From Anaerolineae bacterium (GTDB taxonomy: Bacteria > Chloroflexota > Anaerolineae > CG2-30-64-16), in the NCBI GenBank assembly GCA_034432655.1, contig DAOUBP010000096.1:1849-65848 (forward strand): a DNA stretch of 64,000 nt, read 5' to 3'. This document shows, in pieces, positions 10,846 through 20,404 of the stretch. Both the position numbers and the translations under genes were made by a program. Under the pieces are notes generated by a model. The model was not told the DNA's origin, searched no databases, and saw nothing but the letters and a program-made list of their open reading frames with translations. The first letter of the stretch is position 1. Each line of letters begins with the position of its first letter.

Positions 10846-13800
10846 ATGAGTATAAATTTGCAGCGCTTTTCACGATTTCACCGCCTCTGGCGGCGCGTTT
10901 TTCTTGTTGTCCTGCTGATCGTGATCCCGCTGGCGTCCATTGGATCGTCCCTGCGTAGCACAGGTGCTGCGACCGCGGTGACCGGTATTGCCACTTCGCT
11001 GACTATTGACTGTATGGCTGTCGGGAAGGACTATTTGGGTGGGGACCATCCTTCACCTTACGCTACGACCAAAGAGGTGACTTTGAACTGGGAGGGCACA
11101 GTCGAATCGGCCCGCCTTGTGGCTTATGAATTCAACGCCTCCAGTGCTTACAAAAACAACATCTACGTGAACGACGTCTGGATCGGGCAACCCCAAGGGG
11201 ACAACCCCAGTGCGAAGATTTGTGAAGGTTTCAGTGGTGGCTCGCCGCGCGTGTGGCCCATTAATCCCGCTTTGCTGGTCAAAGGCAGGAATACCATCCG
11301 TATCACGGTAGAGTCCGACGCTTATGATCAGAGTTGGGGTCTGAGCCGCGTTCGGCTCGAGGTATCGGGTTCTACCGTCAATGGCCTGCGTTACGAGCTG
11401 GTGACCATTCCCAGCACCTATACCAACAACTGGCAGGATTACCGCCATCAGGGCACCTGGACCCACATTCAGATCCCGCCCAGCTACGATCCAGCCCGAC
11501 CGGTGCCATTGGTGGTGGTGGCCCCTGGCTACTACAGCCCAGCCTTTGATTACATCCTTGACTACGGGCCGGCAGCAGCAGATCGCGGCTGGTTATTGGC
11601 CGCGGCCGACCTGCACGGCGAAGTGCAGCCGACTGCGGTTTTTGATCCTCAGGAGCAGCGTCTGCTTTACGGCGCACGCACGATGGGCGCGCGGGCGGCT
11701 CAGTACGATATCATGGACATTGTGAACTACATGCAGGCGCACTATAGCGTGGACCCAAGTCGTATCTATTTGATCGGATACTCGATGGGCGGGCTGACGG
11801 CCATGACGACGGCCGCCAAGTGGCCCCATGTCTTTGCAGCCGTGGCGGCCGACAGCAGCCCTTCCAATCTGGTGATTTGGGAATATGATACGCGCGATAC
11901 CGGGGATACACCGAACTTCAATCTTAACCTGGCGATGCAGATCGAAACAGGTGCTTATGCACCCGGCACGCATTATTTATTTGCCTATCGGAAACCGTCC
12001 CAGTATCATTTTGAATACGAACGTCGCTCTCCCACCGATTTCGCATTGAATTTCAAACATCTTCCCCTTCTGCTGTTGCATCCCAGTGGGGATACCAAGG
12101 TCGCGCCGGCCCATGCCAGGACCATGTATCAGGCTGTGCTGGATAATGATCCAGCGCATGTTGAATTACAGCTCTATCCGGGCAATCACGGCGTTCGTTA
12201 TCCTGATCATGCTAATTACACACTCGACTGGTTGGCGCAATTCCAGCGCGATCCCAATGTTGCACCACAGCACAATACCTTTTCGCGCGATGAATCAGGC
12301 CGGAATTTTTGGATCGGCCTGCAATATTCCTCGGATGCCGTCAGCGTGGATCCTCTCACCCATGCTTTGATCACTGAAGCGCATTGGACCCGGGTGTGGG
12401 ACGCCACATACAACACCGATCTGCGCACCATCGAGGTTGATGCTGAGAATCTGGTGCCTTTGACCGGGAAAACCGATGATTTTGGGGCGTATCCGCCCAA
12501 CGACCTCACCGTACAAATGGAGTTTTACCTGGATCAGATCGGGCTGCCGCGTTCTGGACCATACACGGTAGAGCGGATTGACAAAGACACCGGCCAGTTT
12601 GTGGTGAACACGGCTACAGCCAGCAACGGCGTGCTGCGGGTGCCGTTGCCGAAAGGCGCGTTCGTGTACCGCATCGTAGCCGGCGACCGACCGCCCACAT
12701 ATCAGACGATAACGCTCCAGCAAGACTTGAATGGCTATACCGGTGCCCGTGATACCTTCATCAGCGCATGGGAGCCTGATCTCAACTACGGTCCCTGGCC
12801 TAATCAGACGTTGGCTGTCAGCCATATCGGCCGTCGGGCACAGCGGGAGCCGTTGCTGCGGTTTGATCTCAGCAGGTTGCCGGCAAATGCCATCGTGCGC
12901 TTTGCGGTGTTGATCGTCCGCGCCACCGACGTGCCAGGCAACATCAACCGCCCGCCCGTAGAGGTCTATCGGCTCAATCGTCCGTGGGTTGACAACCAGG
13001 CCACCTGGCGTCAGGCCAGCAGCGGCACCTTCTGGTCGCAAGAAGGCGCCGAGGGGGTGCCGACCGACAGGGAAGCAACCCCCGAAGCTGTCCGCATGAT
13101 TTTCATGGGCAACCCAACCACTTATTGGGGCTTTGATGTTTCTGCTCTGGTGCGCAGCTGGCTGGCCAATCCGGCGAGCAACTACGGCCTGATTATCCGG
13201 GCTGCGCCCAAGATCGCGGAATTCACCAAAGAAGATAACGATTTCTTTATTGCGTCATCGGAGCACCCGATTCAGTCGTTCCGGCCGCGCCTGGTGGTCG
13301 TCTACACCACGGATCAGCCTACTGCCACGCCCACGATCACCCCGACCCCGACCCATACGCCTACTGTGACGCCGACTCCGACTTCGACTCTGACACCGAC
13401 CCCGACCATTACACCGAGTCCCACACCGGCCACGGCCGACATCTTGGGCCATTTCTTCCTGGATGCCAATCGCAACGGTGTCCATGATGCGGACGAAGTA
13501 AGCTTGCCCGGCCGCCTGGTGTATTTGAAACAGAACGGCGAGATCCGTGGCAGTACGACCACCGACAGCGCAGGGGATTTCCGTTTTGCGAAGGTGTTGC
13601 CGGGGCTATGGCAGGTTGAAGCCAGCATCCCGCCAGGATATGATGTGACTACCCTGGACGGTAATCCGGTGACTGTGGAAGTCATTGCCGGTCGGGATGT
13701 CAGGGTCTCCTTTGGGGTAGCACCGCAGCCCACGGCAACGGCTACGCCGACAGCTACTGCTACGGCTACGCCGACCCCAACTGCAACGCCGACGGCGACG

Positions 13801-13914
13801 CCCACGCCCACCGCGACCGCTACACCGACGGCGACGCCCACGCCCACTGCGACCGCCACACCGACGGCCCGCAACTGGCGCAGCTATCTACCACTGTTGC
13901 TCAGGACAGAGTAG
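10846..13914 (+). CDS. Giant secreted multidomain protein, paralog C: extra N-terminal domain + esterase domain with canonical GYSMG serine elbow + DNRLRE-like + one SdrD-B-like domain, TP linkers, C-terminal YLPLLLRTE
   Basis: signal anchor VFLVVLLIVIPLASIG; only paralog retaining G-x-S-x-G; lacks BNR propeller; abuts the next gene with 6-bp spacer. Confidence 0.85.
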   Translation: MSINLQRFSRFHRLWRRVFLVVLLIVIPLASIGSSLRSTGAATAVTGIATSLTIDCMAVGKDYLGGDHPSPYATTKEVTLNWEGTVESARLVAYEFNASSAYKNNIYVNDVWIGQPQGDNPSAKICEGFSGGSPRVWPINPALLVKGRNTIRITVESDAYDQSWGLSRVRLEVSGSTVNGLRYELVTIPSTYTNNWQDYRHQGTWTHIQIPPSYDPARPVPLVVVAPGYYSPAFDYILDYGPAAADRGWLLAAADLHGEVQPTAVFDPQEQRLLYGARTMGARAAQYDIMDIVNYMQAHYSVDPSRIYLIGYSMGGLTAMTTAAKWPHVFAAVAADSSPSNLVIWEYDTRDTGDTPNFNLNLAMQIETGAYAPGTHYLFAYRKPSQYHFEYERRSPTDFALNFKHLPLLLLHPSGDTKVAPAHARTMYQAVLDNDPAHVELQLYPGNHGVRYPDHANYTLDWLAQFQRDPNVAPQHNTFSRDESGRNFWIGLQYSSDAVSVDPLTHALITEAHWTRVWDATYNTDLRTIEVDAENLVPLTGKTDDFGAYPPNDLTVQMEFYLDQIGLPRSGPYTVERIDKDTGQFVVNTATASNGVLRVPLPKGAFVYRIVAGDRPPTYQTITLQQDLNGYTGARDTFISAWEPDLNYGPWPNQTLAVSHIGRRAQREPLLRFDLSRLPANAIVRFAVLIVRATDVPGNINRPPVEVYRLNRPWVDNQATWRQASSGTFWSQEGAEGVPTDREATPEAVRMIFMGNPTTYWGFDVSALVRSWLANPASNYGLIIRAAPKIAEFTKEDNDFFIASSEHPIQSFRPRLVVVYTTDQPTATPTITPTPTHTPTVTPTPTSTLTPTPTITPSPTPATADILGHFFLDANRNGVHDADEVSLPGRLVYLKQNGEIRGSTTTDSAGDFRFAKVLPGLWQVEASIPPGYDVTTLDGNPVTVEVIAGRDVRVSFGVAPQPTATATPTATATATPTPTATPTATPTPTATATPTATPTPTATATPTARNWRSYLPLLLRTE
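13885..13905 (+). other. C-terminal YLPLLLR motif of paralog C (followed by TE-stop)
   Basis: ...ARNWRSYLPLLLRTE-stop. Confidence 0.8.
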
Positions 13915-13920
13915 AAAGCC

Positions 13921-14625
13921 ATGGATTTTGCAGCGTTTTACGATGGGTATTGGCGGGGAAAAGCCGACGATGAGGTGGATCGGACGCGATTAGAGCAGTT
14001 GGCACGCCATGTGGTCGCCGGCGAGCGCGTGCTGCAGGTGGACTGTGGCCCTGGCTGGTTGCCGCAGATGCTGCTTGCACGGGGCGCGCAGGTCGTTGCC
14101 ACCGATCTTTCTGCGGTGGCTGTGGCGCGCGCCCGGGCGCGCGGGGTTGACGCTTTTCAGTTCGATATTGACACTGGTTCGTTGCCCTTTGCCGACAACT
14201 CATTTGACGTGGTGATCTCTGACTCTCAGCTCGAGCACCGTGTTAACACCGATCATGCCCTGAACGAGATGGCCCGGGTGTTGCGGCCCGGCGGACGATT
14301 GATCCTGTTGCTGCCGAATACCGCCCATTGGCGCGTACGTTTATGGCTGCTGCGCGGCCGCTTCCCATATCTGGATCATACCCCTACCGATCCTCTGCAT
14401 TTGCGATTTTTCACCCTGCCTGACGTGCGTCAGTTGCTGGCCCGACGTAATCTGGCTGTTATCTTCACCGACGGTAGCGCAAGCCTATGGGTGGATGATC
14501 TTTATCCCCGGTTCTTGCGGCGAGGCGGTTATCTGGCGGCAGGTTACATCTGGCTGGCTCATCGCTGGCCGGGGCTTTTTGCGCGTGATTTCATCGTAGT
14601 AGCGCGCAAGCAGGCCCGGAAGTGA
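13921..14625 (+). CDS. Class I SAM-dependent methyltransferase
   Basis: LQVDCGPGW (motif I), DVVISDSQLEH, LRPGGRLIL motifs. Confidence 0.75.
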   Translation: MDFAAFYDGYWRGKADDEVDRTRLEQLARHVVAGERVLQVDCGPGWLPQMLLARGAQVVATDLSAVAVARARARGVDAFQFDIDTGSLPFADNSFDVVISDSQLEHRVNTDHALNEMARVLRPGGRLILLLPNTAHWRVRLWLLRGRFPYLDHTPTDPLHLRFFTLPDVRQLLARRNLAVIFTDGSASLWVDDLYPRFLRRGGYLAAGYIWLAHRWPGLFARDFIVVARKQARK

Positions 14626-14632
14626 GCGCTTT

Positions 14633-16132
14633 ATGAGTCTGAAACGTCAGGTGGCGACTAGCTTCTTTTGGGTGGCATTGTCGCAGCTTTTCGGCCGTGT
14701 CTTGTCATTTTTCACCTATCTGATCCTGGCCAAATTGCTGGCGCCTTCGCTGTTCGGCCTGGTCAGCATGGCTGGCCTGGCCATCGCCGCGCTCCAGTTT
14801 TTGCAGGATGTCGGTTTTGACGCCGCGTTGATCTATCGCCGCGATGACCTGGAAGAGGCCAGCGATACGGCCTTTTTCGTGGTCATCGCCAGCAGCACCT
14901 TGATCTTCTTGGCCGCTGCCTTGGCCGCGCCGCTGGTGGCGGCGTTTTTCCGCACCCCGGAGGTTGTACCGGTGCTGCGGGCGCTCGCCTTTGCGGTGGT
15001 GATTCAAAGCTTTGGCCGGGTGGCTTACATCCGGTTGGAACGCGAGCTGGATTTTCGGCGTCGCGTGATCCCTGAGTTGACGGCGAATCTGATCAGCAGC
15101 CTGAGCTCGATCGGCCTGGCGTTGCTGGGGGTGGGGGTATGGAGCCTTGTCTGGGGCCAGTTGATCCGGGTGGCTGTTAGCAGCTCTCTGGTGTGGTTCT
15201 TCGTGGGCTGGCGGCCTCACTGGCGATTCAACTTCCGGTTAGCTCGCGAGCTGTTTCGGTACGGCAAACACATTGTCGCCTCGCAAGGGCTGATCTTCTT
15301 GATTACAAATTCCGACAACGCTATTGTCGGCCGCTACGCAGGAGATACGGCCCTGGGGTTTTACGGGTTCGCTTATAATCTGTCCAACTTGCCTGCCACT
15401 CAGATTACCAGCATGGTCAATCAGGTGATGTTCCCTGCCTTTTCCAAGCTCGGCGCCGACGCTGCACAGGCCCGTGCTCGATACTATCTGTCGGTGGTGC
15501 GCTATGTGGCCTGGGTGGCAGCCCCGATTTCGATTGCCACTATCTTGTTTGCGCGTGAGTTTGTCCAGGGGCTTTACGGTGATGTTTGGGCGGCTGCGAT
15601 TGTGCCGTTGCAACTCCTGGCAGTGTACGGCTTTATCCGTTCCATTGCCGCTAACATGGGCAGCATCTTTCGCGCTTTCGGCAAGCCGCAATGGCTGACC
15701 TACATCGCGCTTTGGCGGCTGACCACCATGCTGGTCTTTTTGTACCCGGCCGTCAAATTGTGGGGAATCGTCGGTGTCAGCGCGTTATCGGCCGTAGTGG
15801 CCGTGGTGGATTTCTACATTTCGGCAACGCTGGTAAGCCGTTTGATAGATGCTCCCTGGCGGGCATACGGGCAGATTTTGGCGGCTCCGCTCGCGGCCGC
15901 CTTGATCGGTGCTGGGGTTGCGCATCTTGTCTATCCTGGCCTGCATCTGCCCAAGGTGTGGATGAACCTGGGCCTGGCGGGCGCGCTGATGGTGGCCATC
16001 TATCTTGTCTTGATCTGGTTGGGGGAGCCCCGTTTCCGCGAAACGGGGCGCGCAGCATGGCGCTATGTGCGACAAGTGTTGCACCGGCGCGATGTCGTTG
16101 GCCCGGCGGTGGAGCCGCCGGCTAAAGGATAG
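14633..16132 (+). CDS. Polysaccharide biosynthesis protein / Wzx-like oligosaccharide flippase (MOP superfamily)
   Basis: 499 aa, ~12-14 TM helices, typical Wzx-family length and hydropathy. Confidence 0.65.
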   Translation: MSLKRQVATSFFWVALSQLFGRVLSFFTYLILAKLLAPSLFGLVSMAGLAIAALQFLQDVGFDAALIYRRDDLEEASDTAFFVVIASSTLIFLAAALAAPLVAAFFRTPEVVPVLRALAFAVVIQSFGRVAYIRLERELDFRRRVIPELTANLISSLSSIGLALLGVGVWSLVWGQLIRVAVSSSLVWFFVGWRPHWRFNFRLARELFRYGKHIVASQGLIFLITNSDNAIVGRYAGDTALGFYGFAYNLSNLPATQITSMVNQVMFPAFSKLGADAAQARARYYLSVVRYVAWVAAPISIATILFAREFVQGLYGDVWAAAIVPLQLLAVYGFIRSIAANMGSIFRAFGKPQWLTYIALWRLTTMLVFLYPAVKLWGIVGVSALSAVVAVVDFYISATLVSRLIDAPWRAYGQILAAPLAAALIGAGVAHLVYPGLHLPKVWMNLGLAGALMVAIYLVLIWLGEPRFRETGRAAWRYVRQVLHRRDVVGPAVEPPAKG

Positions 16133-16153
16133 TTCGCGTGAGGTGGATGTTTC

Positions 16154-18013
16154 ATGCCTGGATTGGTGGTGATCGTTGCTGAGCCGAAGCGTCCTGATCT
16201 GACGACGGTGTTGGACCAGATGTTGGGGGCCATGGCCTATCCTGGTTACCAAAGCGCGTCCCTGGTTGTACCCGAGTTGGGGATTGCGATGGGCCAGACA
16301 GGGCCTCGCCGTGTAGCACCGGCCAACCCGGGCCTTTGGCCGCCCGGCGCCACCTTGCGCACGGCGCAAGTCGTGACACTGCTGGAGGGTGAACCGCAAT
16401 TCCCCGGGCAGATGCGCGCGGAGTTAGGGCTTTCGCCAACCGCCGATCGGACAGAGGCGATTGCAGCGCTCTACGCCATCCGTGGAACAGGCGGATTCGT
16501 CCATCTGCGCGGCCATTGGGCGGCTGCGCTCTTGGACCGGCGGTCAGGCTCTTTGTTGCTGGTCAACGATCACTTCGGCACGCGTAGCCTTTATCGTGTG
16601 CGCGCGCAGGATGGCGCCTGGTTGGTTGCTACCCATCCGGCTGCGCTCTTGGCTTACCCACAACTTGACCGGGATGTGAATCTGGCCGGCATCGCTGAGT
16701 ACCTCGCCTTCGGCCATGCCTTGGGCCGTAAGACGATCTTTCGAGGCGTCGAGAGGTTACCGGCGGCTACCTGCCTGGAATTTGCGGCCAGGGAGTCGCG
16801 CGAAACACGCTATTGGCGCCCGCTTGCGCCGCCTGTCCAACAACGGGTCAGTCAGGCCGACCTGGAGGAGATTCGTCAGCTTTTCAACGAGAGTGTTTAC
16901 CGGGCAGCGACCACGGGAGGGGCAACCTGTCTGGCGCTCACCGGCGGGATGGATGCGCGGGCGATTCTGTCTGCCCTGGTGGCCGCCGGGCTGCAGCCCC
17001 ACACGTTGACACATGCGGTGCCGGACAGTACAGATGCTGTTTTGAGTGCAGAACTTGCCCGTCGGGCGCAGGCCACCCATCACTTCTTCGCGGTGCACGG
17101 TGAGATGCTACCACCGCAACTTGAGCCTGGAGCCAAATTGCTCGGCGGGATGGTGGCGGGCATAGATGTGCACCCACTGTGTTTTCTCGATGATCTGACG
17201 CAGTTCACCGATGTTGTGATGACCGGCCTGGGCGCCGATGTGATGCGCCTGGATCATGCCGGCGTGGACATCGTGCCGGGTCGCGATACGGCCGAAACCT
17301 TGATTGAGGATATCCGGCGCTATCATAACATGATTTTTAGCACCGGACACGATTTGCCTGTGCTCTTGGACCCGACGGTTGCGCCTGACCTGGCTTTGGA
17401 ACCGGTGCATGCGATTGCCGAATACGTCACGTCCCGGTTGCCCGACCTCCCGTTGGACGAGATCGGCAGCGCTTTCTTCCTGGAAGAGCGGGTGCCTACG
17501 ATCTGGGTCAAAGGTGATTTGATCGTGCGCCGTGAATTGGAGACCCGCCATCCATTTCTGGATCCGGATTTGCTGACTCGCGCCTGGGCTTTGCCGCGGT
17601 CGGCCCGTTTGCAGGCGTTGGCCCACCGCTACATCATCACGCGCAATGCGCCAGCTTTGGCTGATGTTCCTTATGAGCGGGATGGATTGCCCCTGCGCTA
17701 CCCCTTCACGTCGGCCGAGCGTTGGCGCCTTCGGTTGCAAAGCTGGCGACATGAGCTTGCGATGCGTTTGGGCCGGGGTTGGAAACGGCAGCCTAACTAC
17801 CGTTACGCGGACTGGCTTCGGGGCCCGTTGCGACCGCTGCTGGCAGAGGTCTTGTTGGATGCGCGCAGTATGGCGCGGCCGTATTTCCGGGCAGGTGTCC
17901 TGCGTCGTCTGTTTGACGAACATATGGCGGGCCGTGATCATACCGTGCGCCTGGCGGCTTTGTTGTCGCTTGAGCTAACAGTTCGTCTTTTGATCGAGCG
18001 CGATGGCATCTGA
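16154..18013 (+). CDS. Asparagine synthetase B-family protein (no N-terminal Cys nucleophile)
   Basis: AsnB-like central/C-terminal regions incl. PP-loop-like LTGGMDARAIL; begins MPGLVVIV (no Cys2), so glutaminase activity doubtful. Confidence 0.6.
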   Translation: MPGLVVIVAEPKRPDLTTVLDQMLGAMAYPGYQSASLVVPELGIAMGQTGPRRVAPANPGLWPPGATLRTAQVVTLLEGEPQFPGQMRAELGLSPTADRTEAIAALYAIRGTGGFVHLRGHWAAALLDRRSGSLLLVNDHFGTRSLYRVRAQDGAWLVATHPAALLAYPQLDRDVNLAGIAEYLAFGHALGRKTIFRGVERLPAATCLEFAARESRETRYWRPLAPPVQQRVSQADLEEIRQLFNESVYRAATTGGATCLALTGGMDARAILSALVAAGLQPHTLTHAVPDSTDAVLSAELARRAQATHHFFAVHGEMLPPQLEPGAKLLGGMVAGIDVHPLCFLDDLTQFTDVVMTGLGADVMRLDHAGVDIVPGRDTAETLIEDIRRYHNMIFSTGHDLPVLLDPTVAPDLALEPVHAIAEYVTSRLPDLPLDEIGSAFFLEERVPTIWVKGDLIVRRELETRHPFLDPDLLTRAWALPRSARLQALAHRYIITRNAPALADVPYERDGLPLRYPFTSAERWRLRLQSWRHELAMRLGRGWKRQPNYRYADWLRGPLRPLLAEVLLDARSMARPYFRAGVLRRLFDEHMAGRDHTVRLAALLSLELTVRLLIERDGI

Positions 18014-19229
18014 ATCGTTGACCTCGCTGGCGGGTGAGACGATCTTGTGTATGGCACCCGACCCTTGGCACGGTCTGTGGCGGAATCGTCATCACATTAT
18101 GACGCGGCTGGCGCGGCGCAACCTGGTACTCTACGTAGAGCCCAGGGTCTACTTGTGGGAAGCGTTGCGGCGTTTTCGCACCGGCCAATGGCGCCTGTCC
18201 GATTTGCGCCGGCCGCTGGCTGAGCATTATCAGGATGGGCTATATATTTATCACGATCCGTACTATGCACCGTTTGCGGGCCGGCTGAGCGGTGGGCCAC
18301 TGACCGCTGCATTGCGTCAGCGTGCCTTGCGCAAGACGTTGGCGCAATTGGGCGGCGGCGCGCCGATTTTGTGGTTATTGCGACCGTATCAGGCGGATCA
18401 CATCGGACGCTGCGATGAGAAACTGGTGGTCTATCATGTTACCGACGAATACAGCGCATACCCTTCGGTGACCGATCGAGAGGCATTTCGCCGTGCTGAG
18501 GAGGCGTTGTTGCGGCGGGCGGACCTGGTTATTGTCACGGCGCCCGGCTTGCTGACCAGCCGAAAGCCGCTTAACCCGCACACTTTTTTGGTGCCGAATG
18601 CAGTGGACTACGCAGGGTTTCAGCAGCGTTTGGCGCAACCAGCGTTGTGCCTTGAGGGAATGGCCGGTTTGCCCCGCCCGCGCATCGGCTACGTGGGCGC
18701 TTTGAACGAGAAGGTGGATTACGGGTTGTTGGCTCAGGTCGCCCGCCAACGGCCTGCGTGGCATATTGTGCTGGTGGGGCTACGTGATCTGGCCAGCGAG
18801 CCGCATAAGGCGGATGTGTTGGATGGGCTGACAAACGTTCATTGGTTGGGACCGGTGCCGGTCACAGAAGTCCCTGGGGCCATCGCCGGATTGGACGTGT
18901 GCCTGTTGCCTTATGAGCGTAACCCATGGACAGCGAACATTGATTCGCTGAAGTTGTATGAATATCTGGCTTGTGGGCGGCCGGTGGTTAGCACCGATGT
19001 GCCGACAGCCCATCTCTTTGATCGTGAGTCGGCCCGGGCGGGTGTTCCGTTGGTGCGCGTGGCCGACACCCCGGAAGCTTTTGTGGCACAGATTGAGGCT
19101 GCGCTGGCCGAGAATGGGCCGGAGGCGGCGGCTGCCCGTCGTCGCGTCGCTGCCGCTAACACCTGGGAACAGCGCGTCGCCCAGATCGAGCGCCTGTTGC
19201 TCGAGGCCCTGGCGCGCAAGAAGCGATGA
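18003..19229 (+). CDS. Glycosyltransferase (GT1/GT4-like), tandem paralog 1
   Basis: N-term PDPWHGLWRNRHHIMTRLAR; C-term LKLYEYLACGRPVVSTDVP; 11-bp overlap with upstream gene. Confidence 0.7.
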   Translation: MASESLTSLAGETILCMAPDPWHGLWRNRHHIMTRLARRNLVLYVEPRVYLWEALRRFRTGQWRLSDLRRPLAEHYQDGLYIYHDPYYAPFAGRLSGGPLTAALRQRALRKTLAQLGGGAPILWLLRPYQADHIGRCDEKLVVYHVTDEYSAYPSVTDREAFRRAEEALLRRADLVIVTAPGLLTSRKPLNPHTFLVPNAVDYAGFQQRLAQPALCLEGMAGLPRPRIGYVGALNEKVDYGLLAQVARQRPAWHIVLVGLRDLASEPHKADVLDGLTNVHWLGPVPVTEVPGAIAGLDVCLLPYERNPWTANIDSLKLYEYLACGRPVVSTDVPTAHLFDRESARAGVPLVRVADTPEAFVAQIEAALAENGPEAAAARRRVAAANTWEQRVAQIERLLLEALARKKR

Positions 19230-20395
19230 TCGAGGGGATTGATTTCGTCTATTATGGGCCGGAGCCCTGGGCCGGTATGTGGCGCAATCGCCATCACCTG
19301 CTCAGCAGGCTGGCCCGTTGTAACCGGGTGATCTATGTGGAACCGTTGCCATATCTGCGGCCGTTGCTGCAGCAGTGGGCTGCCGGTTCTGCACAGGGCC
19401 GGGCGTTAAACCCTGGCGGCCTTCAGCAATTGGCCCCCAATCTGTGGCGCTACCAGGCACCGGTTTATGCCGCTGTCGGCGGGGGTCCTTTGTGGCGGCC
19501 GGTTGCGGCGCAGTTGCGTGCAGCTCATTTGCGCAGCACGCTGCGTGCGATCGGGATAGATCGGCCGGTGGTGTGGCTTTCGCACCCGAGCCAGGCCTTC
19601 CTCCGTCACGACCTGGCTGCCCGGCTGCGTGTCTATCACGTGGTGGATGAGTATCTGGGTTACTTCGGCGTGGACGAGGCGCACCGGGCACGGTTGGCCG
19701 CCTGGGAGGATGAAATCATCGCCTGGGCCGATCTGGTGATTGTGGTGTCGCCTGCCCTGGCCGAAGCGAAACGCAAGGCCGGGCCTAAGATACACGTGCT
19801 GCCCAATGCTGCTGATCTGACCGCTTTTGACGCAGCACTGGCACATCCCACAGATCCCGGCCTGCCCCGGCCGGTGATCGGCTATGTCGGTTTGATCAGC
19901 AGCCGGCTTGATTTGAAGGCTTTGTTGAGCCTGGCCCAGCAGCAACCGGCCTGGTCGTTGGTGTTGGTCGGGGAAGTGGTGACCGCCGGCTGTGAAGCTG
20001 AGATCGCTGCTCTGCGGGCCCTGCCCAATGTGCATCTGCCGGGAGTCAGGCCTGCGGCCGAGATCCCGGCCTTGATTGCCGGCTGGGATGTGGGTTTGAT
20101 CCCGTATCGGGTCAACACAGAGACCGAGCATGCAAGCCCTTTGAAGCTGTACGAGTATCTGGCTGCCGGCCTGCCGGTGGTCAGCGCCGATGTGCCGGCG
20201 GTCCGGCCGTTTGCCGCGCTGGTTCAGATCGTGCCCGAGGGGGGGAGTTACGCAGAGGCGGTTGCACGCGCGTTGGCCGAGACCTCCGTTCAGGCTCGCC
20301 TGGAGCGTCGGGCGGCTGTGCGTGTCCATTCCTGGGACGCCCGGGTGGAGATGTTGTCCCAGATATTGGCCGAGGGGCTGGCCGGAACCGGTTGA
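19226..20395 (+). CDS. Glycosyltransferase (GT1/GT4-like), tandem paralog 2
   Basis: N-term PEPWAGMWRNRHHLLSRLAR; C-term LKLYEYLAAGLPVVSADVP; ATGA overlap with upstream gene. Confidence 0.7.
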   Translation: MIEGIDFVYYGPEPWAGMWRNRHHLLSRLARCNRVIYVEPLPYLRPLLQQWAAGSAQGRALNPGGLQQLAPNLWRYQAPVYAAVGGGPLWRPVAAQLRAAHLRSTLRAIGIDRPVVWLSHPSQAFLRHDLAARLRVYHVVDEYLGYFGVDEAHRARLAAWEDEIIAWADLVIVVSPALAEAKRKAGPKIHVLPNAADLTAFDAALAHPTDPGLPRPVIGYVGLISSRLDLKALLSLAQQQPAWSLVLVGEVVTAGCEAEIAALRALPNVHLPGVRPAAEIPALIAGWDVGLIPYRVNTETEHASPLKLYEYLAAGLPVVSADVPAVRPFAALVQIVPEGGSYAEAVARALAETSVQARLERRAAVRVHSWDARVEMLSQILAEGLAGTG

Positions 20396-20404
20396 ACAGG
20401 TGAG

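Noticed and set aside
10688-10849. Annotating the 53-codon SD-preceded ORF as a bona fide small protein gene
   Set aside because: The second half has codon usage atypical for this genome and overlaps a plausible promoter. Kept only as a possible leader/regulatory element.
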